Assembly (NCBI RefSeq): GCF_009914755.1
Contig: NC_060929.1
DNA from: the human T2T-CHM13v2.0 reference genome, Homo sapiens
Strand: one strand, 5' to 3'
Length of the DNA: 64,000 nt
In this document: piece after piece, positions 39,171 through 51,254 of the stretch
Layout of the letters: the number at the start of each line of letters is the position of its first letter
Numbering within the stretch: position 1 is the stretch's first letter
Made by a program: the position numbers and the translations under genes
The notes under the pieces: model-generated
Seen by the model: the letters and a program-made list of their open reading frames with translations, nothing else
What the model was told of the DNA's origin: nothing
Databases searched by the model: none

Positions 39171-40385
39171 GTTTATTGGCTACTTGTATTTCTTCTTTTG
39201 AGAATTTGTCATCAGTTACCCACTTTTTAATGGAGTTATTTGGTTTTTTTCTCACTGAGTTGTTTGAGTTCCTTTTAGATTCTAGATATTAGGAATTTGT
39301 CAAATGCATAGCTTGCAAATATTTTCTCCCATTCTGTAAGCTTTCTGTTTACTCTGTTGTTTCTTTTACTATACAGAAGTTTTTAGTTAATGAAATCCCA
39401 TTTGTCTATTTTTGTTTTGTTGCATTTGCTTTTGAGGTCTTAGTCATAAATTCTTTGCCTAGGCTGATGTCTGGAAGACCTTTTCTTAGGTTTTCTGTAG
39501 ACTTTTATAGTATCAGGTCTTCCATTTAATTATTTAATCTATCTTGAGTTAATTTTTATATGTTGTAAGAGGGGTCCAGTTTTATTCTTCTGTGTATGAA
39601 AATTTGATTTTTCCTTGTATCAGTTATTAAATAGAATTCCCTGTTTCCATTGTATATTTTTTGTTGATTTCTTTCAAATATCAGTTGGTTGTATGGATGT
39701 GGCTTTATTTCTGGGCTCTCTATTCATTTCCATTGATTTATGTGTCTATCTTATACCAGTACCATGCTATTTTGGTAACTATAGCCTTATAGTATAATTT
39801 GAAGTCAGGCTCAAAGAACTGAAAATTGAACTACCATTAAACTCAGCAATCCCAATAACTAGCTATCTATTCAAAGGAAAACGAAGTGTTCTGTCAAAAA
39901 ATACCTACACTCATGTTTATCACAGAATGATTCATAAAATCAAAATCATGGAATCAACCTAAGTGTTCAGTGCAGATGACTGGATGAGGAAAATGTGGGA
40001 TATATACACCATGGAATACTATGCAGCCATACAAATAATGAAATCATGCTTTCTACAGCAATAGACATGGAGCTGGAGGCCATTATCCTAAGTGAAACAA
40101 TTCAGAAACAGAAAACAAATACAACCTGTTCTTACTTATAAGTAGAAGCTAAACAATGGGTGCACATGGACATAACATGGAAATAATAGTCCTGGGGATT
40201 CAAAAAGGGGAGAGGGTTGGAAGCAGGTGAATGTTGAAAAATTACCTATTGGGAAAAATGTTCACTAATTAGGTGATGGAGCCCAAACCCACCATTATGC
40301 AATATATTCATGTAACAAACCTGTACACATACCTGCTGAATCTATAAAAGTTTTTAAAAATAAAATAAAATTAAAATCAATAAAT
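39171..40385 (+). mobile_element. L1PB (about L1PB4) with 5' inversion (antisense 39171-39809, sense 39810-40385), inserted at the A-tail of the preceding L1MA
   Basis: Strand switch at 'ttgaagtcagg|ctcaaagaactgaaaa'; L1PB 3'UTR 'gttgaaaaattacctattggg...catgtaacaaacctgtacacatacc'. Confidence 0.88.
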
Positions 40386-41034
40386 CAATACAAGCTATTT
40401 TGATAGCTACTTTATCAAATGACTTTCCAGATTAATTTTCTACCTTTATATGAGATGTCAAAAATAATTTTCTTTTTTTTTATATCTGCATGTTCTATAG
40501 TGTTACTTCTGGCTCCTTACAATCTATTACAATCTTAGTTCTATCACCATTCATTTCAATTAGAAGTCTGTGTGCCTTTTCTTGGCAAATTAAAAAGAAA
40601 AAATTCCATTTGTGTAGATTACAAAGTTTTCTGAATGTAAACTAGAAAGATGTTTGAATATTACCTCCAATATCTATTATTGAACATCTGAAATTATCTA
40701 GGTGGTAACATGTGTGCATACATAAGATATGTGTCTTGAAATATAGTTTATGGTATTTTTAGCCTGTCACCATAAAAGCATATTTAGAACCAAAACCAAA
40801 ATACATTACAAGTGAAAACAAGACTGAAAACACCTGATTTCTCAAGTGTTTTTGAATGTTTGTGTAGCCCACAAAAATAACTATGAAGAAGTAAAATGGC
40901 TTGCTTATATTCACATGGGACTTACACTACATCTTATAGTGATTGTGAAAGAAATATTTAATAATATATTCACTTTCAAGGAAAATAGGTAATAACTGCT
41001 CTATTTACCAGGGTTTATTTATTTTTAAATAGAT

Positions 41035-41336
41035 TTATGTATTTATTCGTTTATTTTATTTGAGACAAGGTCTCATTCTTTTGCCCAGGTTGTAGTGCAG
41101 TGGCACTATCTCTTCTCACTGCAACCTCCACTTCCTGAGCTTGAGTGATCCTCCCACCTCAGCCTTCTGAGTAGTTAAGACTACAGGTGTGGACCGCCAC
41201 GCCTGGCTAATTTTTGTACTTTTGTTAAGATAAAGTCTCCCTATGTTGCCCAGGTAATCTGAACTCCTGGGCTAAAGTGATCTGCTTGCCTCAGCTTCCC
41301 AAAGTGTAGGATTTACAGATACTAGCCACTGTGCCA
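41035..41336 (-). mobile_element. AluJ
   Basis: 'ttgagacaaggtctcattc...gtgatcctcccacctcagcc...ctcctgggctaaagtgatc'. Confidence 0.92.
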
Positions 41337-41458
41337 TGTTTATTCACAAAGAAAAATATTGAATAAGAAAATCCATGGAATACCCAGTTTCAAGATTCTC
41401 ATGCAAATTTAACCAGTAAGCAAGCTAGAAAACACTAAACAACATCAATTTCTCCTTG

Positions 41459-42512
41459 TGATAGGGACAGGGGGAAGAAAATTTTTTTTCTAGGCAAAAA
41501 AGAGTGGGTCTCCAATGAAACTCCACCCTCAAGCTGAAGAGCCTAAAACCACTGCCCAAATTGAGAACTTATATTCCTGTCTTCTCACTCAAATGTTGCC
41601 TTTTTCTAAACCACCCATGACCATACCCCACCACATCCTGTGCCTATAAAAACCCCAGATTCAGCCGGTAGATGGGACTACAGCTGGATGCCAGAGATAA
41701 ACAGCTTGATTTCAGAGGGACAGCTTAATGGCATAACTTCTGAGAAGAATCCAGCTGGAGATGACCAGACATCAGGGGAAGAATACCTTCCCACCTCATC
41801 CCCTTTTCAGCTTCCCTTCCCACTGAGAACCACTTTCAGCAGCAATAAAATCCCCCACATTTACCATCCTTCAACTTATTAATATGACTTCATTTTTCCT
41901 GGATGCCAGACAAGAGCTCAGGAGTCACAAATGCAGATACAAAAGGCTGTCACTCTGGTCCTTTGCCCTCATTGGCAGAGGGCAGCTGCATCACACAAAA
42001 AGGCAAAGGGCACACTGAGCTGTTAACACTTAAGCCATCAGTGGATGGCAGAGCTAAAAGAGCACTGTAACGCACCCTTTGGGGCATTGGGCATCACAGG
42101 CACCCTGACCTGGATGCTACCATAGGGCCTACATGGAGTTTGCTCCTGCCAGCACCCAAAACAGGCCAGTGGGATCCCCTACTTGTGCTCCCTCCCACAA
42201 GGGATTTGAGCATGGCAAGCTGAGTAAACTGAGTTTGTTCCTGCCAGCACCGAAAAGCACTCGCTCTGGTTCCTACACCTACTCACCTGCGTGGTCCCTC
42301 CTGGAAGGGGTGGAAGGCATCAGGTAAGAGTGAGTGGGGTTTGATCCCCCTGGCACCGAAGCAGCTGGCAGGTTCCAGTGGTCATTCACTCCAGTTCCTG
42401 CACTTGTTTGCTTACATGCTCCCTCCCACAAGGAGTTTACACTGTCACGCTGAGTAAATGAGGCAACCCTGTAGTGAGTCCCAAGAAGGGGTCAGGGAAA
42501 TATCCTACTTCA
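41459..42512 (+). mobile_element. ERV1 solo LTR, LTR28-like (LTR1/27/28 group), about 1.05 kb
   Basis: 'tgatagggacagg...ccaccctcaagc', TATA 'cctataaaaac' near 41645, AATAAA near 41844, repeated U5 blocks, ends 'gtcagggaaatatcctacttca'. Confidence 0.83.
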
Positions 42513-43279
42513 CAAGCATGGTAAACATATAATTTTAGATAACTAAAAACAAAGGTAGAACTTATTAATTATTTGAAATATTGCTCATATATTATTGTGC
42601 TAATTAAATTTACATTTAGCAAACTTAGAGGTGTCTATAATACTTATAAATTATATATAATATACCCACCTTTAATTAGTATTGGTAAAATATTAAGAAA
42701 ATATTTACTTGAAAAAGGTATAGTATATGAGTATACTTATAATTTTTATGTTCACATATTTTTGTAGTGAAAATAGAATTATTTTTAATATAGACTTTTC
42801 TCATTAACATATCCATCTAATTTGGAGATATTTAAAATACAGAAAAATGCAAAGATAAGATGAGAGACACCCACAAACTATACTATATTTACCTTTAAAA
42901 TTGTTATTTATTTTATGGAAAACAATGAGAAGCATATTTGAGCATTTCCAAATATCTGCAACCAAATATCTTTCTCTTCTGGAGAAAACATTATTGAGAA
43001 ATTTTGGAGTAGTTTCTCTAAGTCTGTTTTTCTTTTGCTGTTGTTTGATAATACACCTATATTTAATCATAAATAATTTCAAGTGCTATAATATTTGTTT
43101 TAAAAGTATGTTTGTTTTAAAATTTGAAATGTTTATACATTTTAAAATAAACATCATAGCACTTGAAACTTATTTGTGACTAGACATAGGTGTACTTTTC
43201 ACTGTGTTTCTCAACAACATACATTCTTAATCAACCTGCTATCAGCAATCAACATTATGTTTTCAAAATCATTAATGCC

Positions 43280-46160
43280 ACTCGCTTGATATTTTTCTTT
43301 GATGCATGAAAGTTAATTTTGATAAAGTCCAATTTATTATTTCTTTAGTTACTTTTACTTGTGGCATTATACTCAAAGAAACATCGCCAATTCTAAGGTC
43401 ATGAAATGGATCCCTGTGTTTTATTTTAATAGTTCTCTAGTTTTAACTCACATTTAGGTCTTTATCTACTTTGAGTTTATTTTTGTACTTGGTTTAATGT
43501 ATGGATCCAATTTCATTCTTTTGCATATCCAGTTGTTTCAACTGGATTCATAAACTTCAGTCTGTCAACTGACAGATTTATAAACTCATGTATCTTTGAT
43601 AAATTGACTTTTAATGAGGATGACAAGACCATTCAATAGGAAAAGAACACATGAACGAATGATGCTGATGCAACTGGATAACCAAAAACAAGTAAAAGCT
43701 ATACAATTAAAAAGGAAATAGCAGAACTATCTCCATTCATAGTTTTCATAATTTTAAAAACACAACATTCCCATGAATACACACAAACACACACACACAT
43801 ACACACAATCTTCGAGTTAACATAGTCAGCACAGGTACAATATACAAGATAAATACACAAAATGTGGATATCCAGTTGTCTCAGCATCATGTGTTAATGT
43901 GTTCTTTTCCTAGTGAATGGTCTTGGCACCCTTATTACAAATCAACTGACCACAGATGCATACATTTATTTCTCGACTCGCAATTATATTTCACTGATAA
44001 ATATGCCTATCCTTGTGCCAGTTCCACTGTTTGAATTACTTGAGATTTGTAGAAGGTTTGGAAATTGAAAAGTGTTCATCCTCCAAATGTGTTCTTTTTC
44101 AAAATCATTTTGGCTACTCAGGGTACCTTGCAATCTCATATGAATTGTAGAATTGACTTTACCGTTTCTGAAAACAAAAACCATTGGGATTTTGACAGGG
44201 TTTGCACTGAATATGTAGATCACTTTGGGGAGTATTTTCATCTTAATATTAATTATTTATATTAATAAATGCAAGATATTTTTCATTATGTAGGTTCTTA
44301 ATTTATTTCAACAGTGGTTTTTAGTTGTCAGCATACACATCTTTCTCCTTCATTATATATATATATATATACACACACATATATGTAAAAGCTTAATAAT
44401 ATATATAATGAAGAAGGTGAAAGACGTGTATAATAACATTAAATTATATATACGCATTCTGATGTTATTGTAAATGAAAATTTTTTGTTTCTTTTTTAGG
44501 TTATTTGTTGCTAGTCTATAGCAATACTGTTGATTTTGTGTATTTACATTGTACACTGTAAATGTGCTGAATGTATTAACTCTAAGGTTTTTGTGTGTAT
44601 GTATGTTTGTGCATTCTTTGGAATATTATATAATTATACAACAGTGAATAGAGTTAATTATACTACTTTCTTTTAATTGTATATCTTTTATTTGTATTTT
44701 TCTTTAATTGTTCTGGCTTGAATATCAAGTAAATGTTGAATAGAAGTGGTTAAAGTGGATATCCTCATCTTGTTCCTGCTCTGAGGATGAAAGCTTTCAT
44801 CATTGAGTAGACTAGAGTGTTTATTTTTTTAATAAGTGCCCTGTATTATGTTGAGGAAATTTCCTCTATTTCTAGTTTTTGAGTCTTTCGATTACAATAG
44901 AGGTTTAATTTTCTTCTAATAATCTTACTCCATAAATTGAGATGTACATATTTTTGTTGTTGTTTTTATTATTTTATTTTGGTGTCTTGCCCTTAGTGTT
45001 TTTGTATTTTTTAAATGTTAAACAACTCTTGCATTCCTAGAATAAATCCCACTTGGTCATAGTGAATTGCCCTTTTAATATGCTGCTAAATTCTGTTTGC
45101 TGCTATTTGCCAATAATTTTCGTGTCAATTGTTATAAAGGATATTGGCCTATAGTATTCATTTGTTATGATGTCAGTCTCTATCTTCGGTACTAGCATAA
45201 TGCTGATCTCATAGAATGATTTAGAAAGTGTTTCACCTTCTGATTACTAGAAGGGTTTGTAAAAGATTGGCATTAGTTTTCTTTAAATATTTGATAGAAT
45301 TCACTGTTGAAACCATCTGGTTGTGAGATTTTCTTACTTGAAGTTTTTTTTAAATGACACATTCAATCTCTATTTGTTAAATGTCTATTCAGATTTTGTA
45401 TTTCTTCTTGAGTCAGTTTTGTAATCTGTGTTTCTAGGAATTTGTCAATTTCTTCATGGATATCTAATTTGTAGTGTATAATTTTCATAGTTTTTTCTTA
45501 TAATTTTTTTTTAAGGTTTGACATAATATTGTTACTTTCATGTCTGAGTTTAGTGATTAAGTCTTGTTCCACTTTCTTGATCAGTATAGCTAAATTTTTG
45601 CAATTTTATTGACTTTTTTCAAAGAACCAACTTTTGGTTTTATTATTCTACTTTTTGATTGTACTTTTGAAATTTGTATTATAATCTCTATATTCCTTTT
45701 TTCTTATTAAATATATAACTAAATTAGGAAGAAGAGACAAATATCCCATGCATAAGAATTCCAAACAGCTTATGTAGATATCCTTATCTGAATAAGGAGG
45801 AAGAAAATATTCCACTCTTTAAGCATGGGCTTTGACAGTAGCTCTCTTCCAAAGAGTACAGTATGAAAAGGTAGAGGAGAGAGTAACTTTATGTTGGAGA
45901 AACTTGGTAAATTCAACTTCAAATCAAGGTCAACATCAATAGTCTGTACCCTTGATATGTTTCAATAAAAATGACATGAACTATAGAGTTTAGTTAATGC
46001 TAATGCACCAATATTGGTTCATTCATCATAACAAATGCACCATAGTCATATAAGATAGTAATAATAGGGGGAACTGAGTGAGAGAGTATATAGGACATTT
46101 TTATACTACCATTTCAACTTTTCCCTAACTGTAAAAGTGTTTTAAAAATAAAATCTATTT
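43280..46160. mobile_element. Old L1 (L1MD-like): antisense ORF2 43280-45715 plus sense 3'UTR 45716-46160, probably one 5'-inverted element, with an internal templated insertion
   Basis: Antisense ORF2 'gcattcctagaataaatcccacttggtcat', 'ttttcaaagaaccaacttttgg'; sense 3'UTR 'ccaaagagtacagtatgaaaagg...aatgcaccaatattggttc'. Confidence 0.8.
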
Positions 46161-46716
46161 TTATTTATTTTTTATTGTTGTATATATTCATTTTATTTTA
46201 TTTTATTTTTAACTTTTAAGTTCAGGGGTACAAGTACAGGTTTGTTGCAAAGATAAACTTTTGTTATAGGGGTTTGCTGTATAGATTACTTCATCACCCA
46301 GATCTTAAGCCTAGTACCCATTAGTTATTCTTCCTGATCCTCTCCCTCCTCCCACCCTCCACCCTCCAAAAGGCCACAGCGTGTATTTTTAACGTCTATG
46401 TGTTTATGTGTTCTCTTCATTTAGCTAGCACTTAGAACTGAGAACATGCGGTATTTGGATTTTTGTTCCTGCATTGGTTTGCTAAGGATAATTTCCTCCA
46501 GCTCCCTCTATGTCCCTGTAAAGGGCATGATCTTGTTCTTTTTTATGACTTCATAGTATCCATGTTGTATAGAACCACACATACCATTTAACCCAACAAT
46601 CCTATTACTGAGTATATGTCCAAATGAATATCAATCATTCTATTATAAAGACACATGCACACATATGTTCATTGTAGTACTATTCACAATAGCAAAGACA
46701 CAGAATCAACCTAAAG
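46158..46716 (-). mobile_element. L1PA (about L1PA13) 3' end with 5' inversion (antisense 46158-46582, inverted part 46583-46716)
   Basis: 'ttttaagttcaggggtacaagtacagg...' then switch to sense 'accatttaacccaacaatcc...aatcaacctaaa'; near-TSD aaaatctattt / aaagtctatta. Confidence 0.88.
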
Positions 46717-47639
46717 TCTATTATTTAAAAAGCTGCTTGTTAGATGTGAAGAATACCTTCATAATTTGTGAATACACATTATTATTAACAATATTTTTAT
46801 GATTATCTCATAGTGCCCATCATAGATAATATCCCATTTAGCCTCAAACATGTCCAAAATATTGAGCAAGCATTGTTGCAAATATTTGCTATAAATATAC
46901 TTGATGTGAAGAAACAGTCTTTTATTCTACCTGTTTTGCTATATTAATCACATCAATATAAAGTATCTGGAAACCATATCTTATTTTTATCAAAGATGTT
47001 TAAGTATAATTTGTGATAAAAGAATAAATAACCTATTAAATCATACATAAAACACATTTTACTTCTTTCTAGCTTGTGACATTTTTGTCACACTTAGTTG
47101 ATTCAGAGTGGGCATAATTGCTATAAAAATTTGAAACAAGATATCCATTGTCACAATAATGATTGGATGTTATTGCCAAATGCTAAAGACAATAACGCTT
47201 AAAAACAATGCTAATCCTATTGTTCTCCACGGGGAGTTCTTAAATATGCACACATAAAGATAAGGTGTTTTAAAACCTCATTCATATTCTCTACAGGAAA
47301 ACATATAAAACATTTTTAGTAAACAACTAAGACCAGGCAGTTTTGTATACTGTTTTCTGTTATATTTACTTATGTGTCTATTTTACATGATGCAGTTTTT
47401 TGATCCCATGGTGAACATAAAATACACAAATATCTCCTCTTGTATTCCCACACCCCATACTCCACACCTCCACTGCGTTCTTTTTACTTCATTAACAATT
47501 CTGGAACTATTACACACACCCCACTCTCATCATCCATGTGGCTTTTTATGATTTTTGCCTCTCTCCTTCATCAGCCTAGTTCCTATAACCACTTTTTGCT
47601 TCCTATGTTTAGTAGTAATTTTAAGCCCAAATCAACATA

Positions 47640-47840
47640 AGCATAGTTTGATGAAAAAAATATACACTTTGAAGTTAAATAGCTATGAGGTCAATTCATG
47701 ACTTTACTACTTAATAGATTTTGAGAAAAGATATTTAACTTTTCTAAACAGCAGCTTTTTTTTTTTAAGTGAGAGCAAAGCGTTGGTTTTTAACACTCAA
47801 TCTAAAATGCTTTCCATGTGGCCTTTAACAAATGTTAGTT
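47640..47840 (+). mobile_element. MIR (degenerate)
   Basis: 'ctttgaagttaaatag...tatttaacttttctaaac...acaaatgttagtt'. Confidence 0.45.
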
Positions 47841-48268
47841 TCTTTTCACTTTTCCAATCTGTATGTTCAATTCCAAATCCTAGGCTGATCACACATTCAC
47901 CTGCCGTTGTTTTCATTGCTGTTGTCATTATTGCTCACAATCTGTTAGCTATTGCCCAAGAAAAGCATCATGGGAAGCATGATTGTCAAGCCACAAGTCT
48001 TCTCTCTGACCTTCAGTAGTGCTTTTATTGATTTCTACTTGTCAACTACCACATTCCAGTAATTTCCTAGTATCTACAAGTTCCAAATGCTATCTTTACT
48101 TTTACTCCTTGGAGATTACTCTGTGTTGTACTTTACTGGGAATTTAGAGGCCACCTAATATAAACTCTTATTATCTCTATACTTAAAAATCCATGTTCAT
48201 CCATATTAGTCTACACAAAAATGATATTTTTTCTGCCATGTGCATACCTGTGTAGATGTGTGGGGGAG

Positions 48269-48307
48269 GTGTGTGTGTGTGTGTGTGTCTGTGTGTGTGT
48301 GTGTGTG
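48269..48307. repeat. (TG)n microsatellite
   Basis: Direct inspection. Confidence 0.95.
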
Positions 48308-48414
48308 GCTTTGTGCTGTTCCACTTCTGAACAATATGCTATATTATGTCTTGGCAAGCATGTATCCTGACATTTAAAAAGTAGATGAAGAAAATATAAT
48401 TATGCTCTATAGAA

Positions 48415-48736
48415 CAGGGCTCCCCAAACCCCAGGTCTAGGGACCAGTACTGTTTAGTGCTGCACAGCAGGAGGTGAGCGGCTGGCAAGCAGTACTGCCT
48501 GAGTTCCGCCTCCCGTGAGATCAGCAGTGGCATTAGATTCTCATAGGAGTGCGAACTTCCTTGCAAACTGCTCATGTGCATGTGAAGGGTCTAAGTTGTG
48601 CGCTCCTCATGAGAATCTAAGGCCTGATGATCTAAGGTGGAGTAGTTTCATCCTGAAATGGTACCCTCCTCCTCTTCTGTGGAAAAATTGCCTGCATTAA
48701 ACGGCTCCCTGGTGCCAAAAAGTCTGGGAACTGCTG
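48415..48736 (+). mobile_element. MER1B (hAT-Charlie MITE)
   Basis: CAG...CTG termini, 'gatcagcagtggcattagattctcataggag'; 8-bp hAT-type TSD ctatagaa/ctctagaa. Confidence 0.92.
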
Positions 48737-51069
48737 CTCTAGAATACTCTGTTTTTCTTTCTTTCTCTTTTTCTCTCTCTCCCTGTCCCTCTGTCTCTGT
48801 TTCTCTCTTTCTCTCTCACTTGTTTACAGAATAATTAATGCTTAGGTTTATTGTTGCTTCAATAATTCAGCTGCCTACTCAGCTTCCTATTTGCCATTTA
48901 TTTCTGGTTCTTACTGGTTACAATGTAAACTAAGGATTATTGAAATAATACTAAATTCACTCAAATTATGAGCAGGTCATTGGGTGAAAATTTTAGATTG
49001 AAGATAGAAATGTACTTGAAACAAGTTAGCATAATGGATGTTTTGAGCTTTTGCAACATTTGGATTTAGGCCATTTGTAAATTTATAGAGTGAATCAGCT
49101 ATTTAGTATTAATATTAATACACAAGTTTACAATACCAATGAATCCCTTGGACATATTTTGAAAGGTGTTTATCTTTTTCATTTACATTATATGGTATTT
49201 AATTATTTTTGAAGGCAAATCTCAATATTGAAAGCCCTTTGCAGCATCATCGTAGCAAGGAGCGTATCGTCATCTCTCAGGTTTCTCATATCATGATTTG
49301 AAGAAAGAACGAGATATTCTCAGTGGGCCAAGAAATGGGCACACTCACAATAATTCACTTCACTGCAAGTTATAATATAAAATTATCATACTTATTTGTC
49401 ATTATTTGAATAGTAAGCAAAAAGGGTATGAGGATTTGAAGAGAAACCAAAAAAAAAAAAAAATAGCAGTTGTTTCCTGGGGAGTAATCAACAATAAAGT
49501 CAGTTCAGCCAAGTGGAACACAGAGAAAAATTGGTCAAGGGCAACTAGAGCAGGAGCCAAAATGAAGTTAAGTTCATAAGGCAGGAGCTGAATGTTTGCA
49601 GTGATAACAAATCAATACTGCCTGTAGGTCGTATTGGTAAAAAATAAAATATCTATCTGAGGTTTTATATAATGGTGATGGACAGTTAATAAAGCAATGA
49701 GGTTATTAGGAGATCAGGTAAAATGAGTTCCATTGGAATATAACCCTTTATAACAATTTAAAGAATCACTGTCTCTACTTCAGCGCCCTCAAGCTACTAA
49801 ATTCCATGATTATATTTTAGTAACTATTAGACAAGAGTCTAGGTAAAATCAATAGATTAGGGAATTGTAGAGTCAAATACTCAGCCCAGCTTCGTCTGCA
49901 TTGTGGAGAGACTAACTGGATACTTTATGCCAATATCTTCCCTTGACAAGGAATTATACCTGCTTTAAATTATTGTGTAATATTTTAATATGATTTTGTG
50001 AGTTAACACATGGTAATTCCATTTCTTCCTATTTCTTGCATTGCTGTTTTAATTTAAGCAATGTCTTCGCTGTCATTGTGAAACTTATGTGAGTCACTAG
50101 ACTGCTCCCTGATGCAGTATGTTTAAGGCTAACTCTCATTAACCATCTTCTGCTGACATGTTAACAAAAGCTGTCATCTGGATACACAGACAAGCATATG
50201 GCCACTAAGGAGTTTAACATTGTCTATTAGCTCTCTGCACGTATTTCTCTTTTCCTAATTCCCTGGTACTTATTTATTTCCCCAAATAAACTGCAGGTGG
50301 ATTTTTATTTTAGTGTACTAGACAATGTTATGGATTGATGAATTGAGTGATCCAAATAATGATCATCATTTATAAACATGCTCATAACAAGACACACTAA
50401 TTTCATCCAACTTTAACACAACTAATATTACAACGGTCTCCTCAGAGCAAAATATCATCATGCCCTTGGAATGTACTGATGAAAAGAAAGCACTGCCACT
50501 CAATCGATTGAAAGAGACAGGAGATTTCAAAATTAAGATATGATCCTATAAAAGAGATATACAAAGTTATTTACACCCAATCACTTCTTTACTGTAAGAA
50601 ATCATTTGCAGATTCCTTTCAATCTCTTATGGGAACTAGAGAAATTACATGTCCCCAATTATTTTTAGACAAAGTAAGATCTGTACTCTAACCAGCTATT
50701 TCAGGACTTATCCTTAGTCTCCTATAAAAACACCTTCCCAAAAATAATTACTATGCCATTTTCCTGTATATACCTTTCTCATTTACATTGAAATGGGTAG
50801 ACCACTGTTCTCTATATCTTTTCAATGGAAAACTCATTCATTTTGTTAACATGTTTTTAAATGAAGTTTAATCCATTGGGCCCACCTCAAATGGCAACTT
50901 TTCTTGGCATCTTTTTATAATACCACCAATTACTGCCAAATTCTTCTTCTATTCAAGTTAGCTATGCTTTTCTCTTGTAATTCTTGTTTAATTATGTTAT
51001 TTGCCTATAATCAAACTGTGTAATATGGCATAAATTAGTTAAATATAACAATAATAGCATCTATCTTGA

Positions 51070-51240
51070 AACAGTAACAGCTAATCTTTATTGAACACAT
51101 GTGTGTGAAAGTAATGCTCAAGGAATGTCTAGAAGCTATTTATATTAAAGTTCTTATGTTAGTATTTATTTAATCAACCCAACGACTTCTCCCAATCAGC
51201 AAATGAGGAAACCAGTGCATGGAGAGATTAAATCGCTTAC
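51070..51240 (-). mobile_element. MIR, truncated
   Basis: 'aacagctaatctttattgaacac...caaatgaggaaacc...agagattaaatcgctt'. Confidence 0.65.
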
Positions 51241-51254
51241 AGAAGTGACAGATT

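Noticed and set aside
42135-42460. Spaced repeats resembling a CRISPR-like array
   Set aside because: Degenerate internal repeats of the LTR28-like U5 region in a eukaryotic genome; no constant repeat-spacer structure.
47075-47092. Hairpin tgtgaca-tttt-tgtcaca
   Set aside because: A single 7-bp stem is expected by chance in AT-rich DNA.
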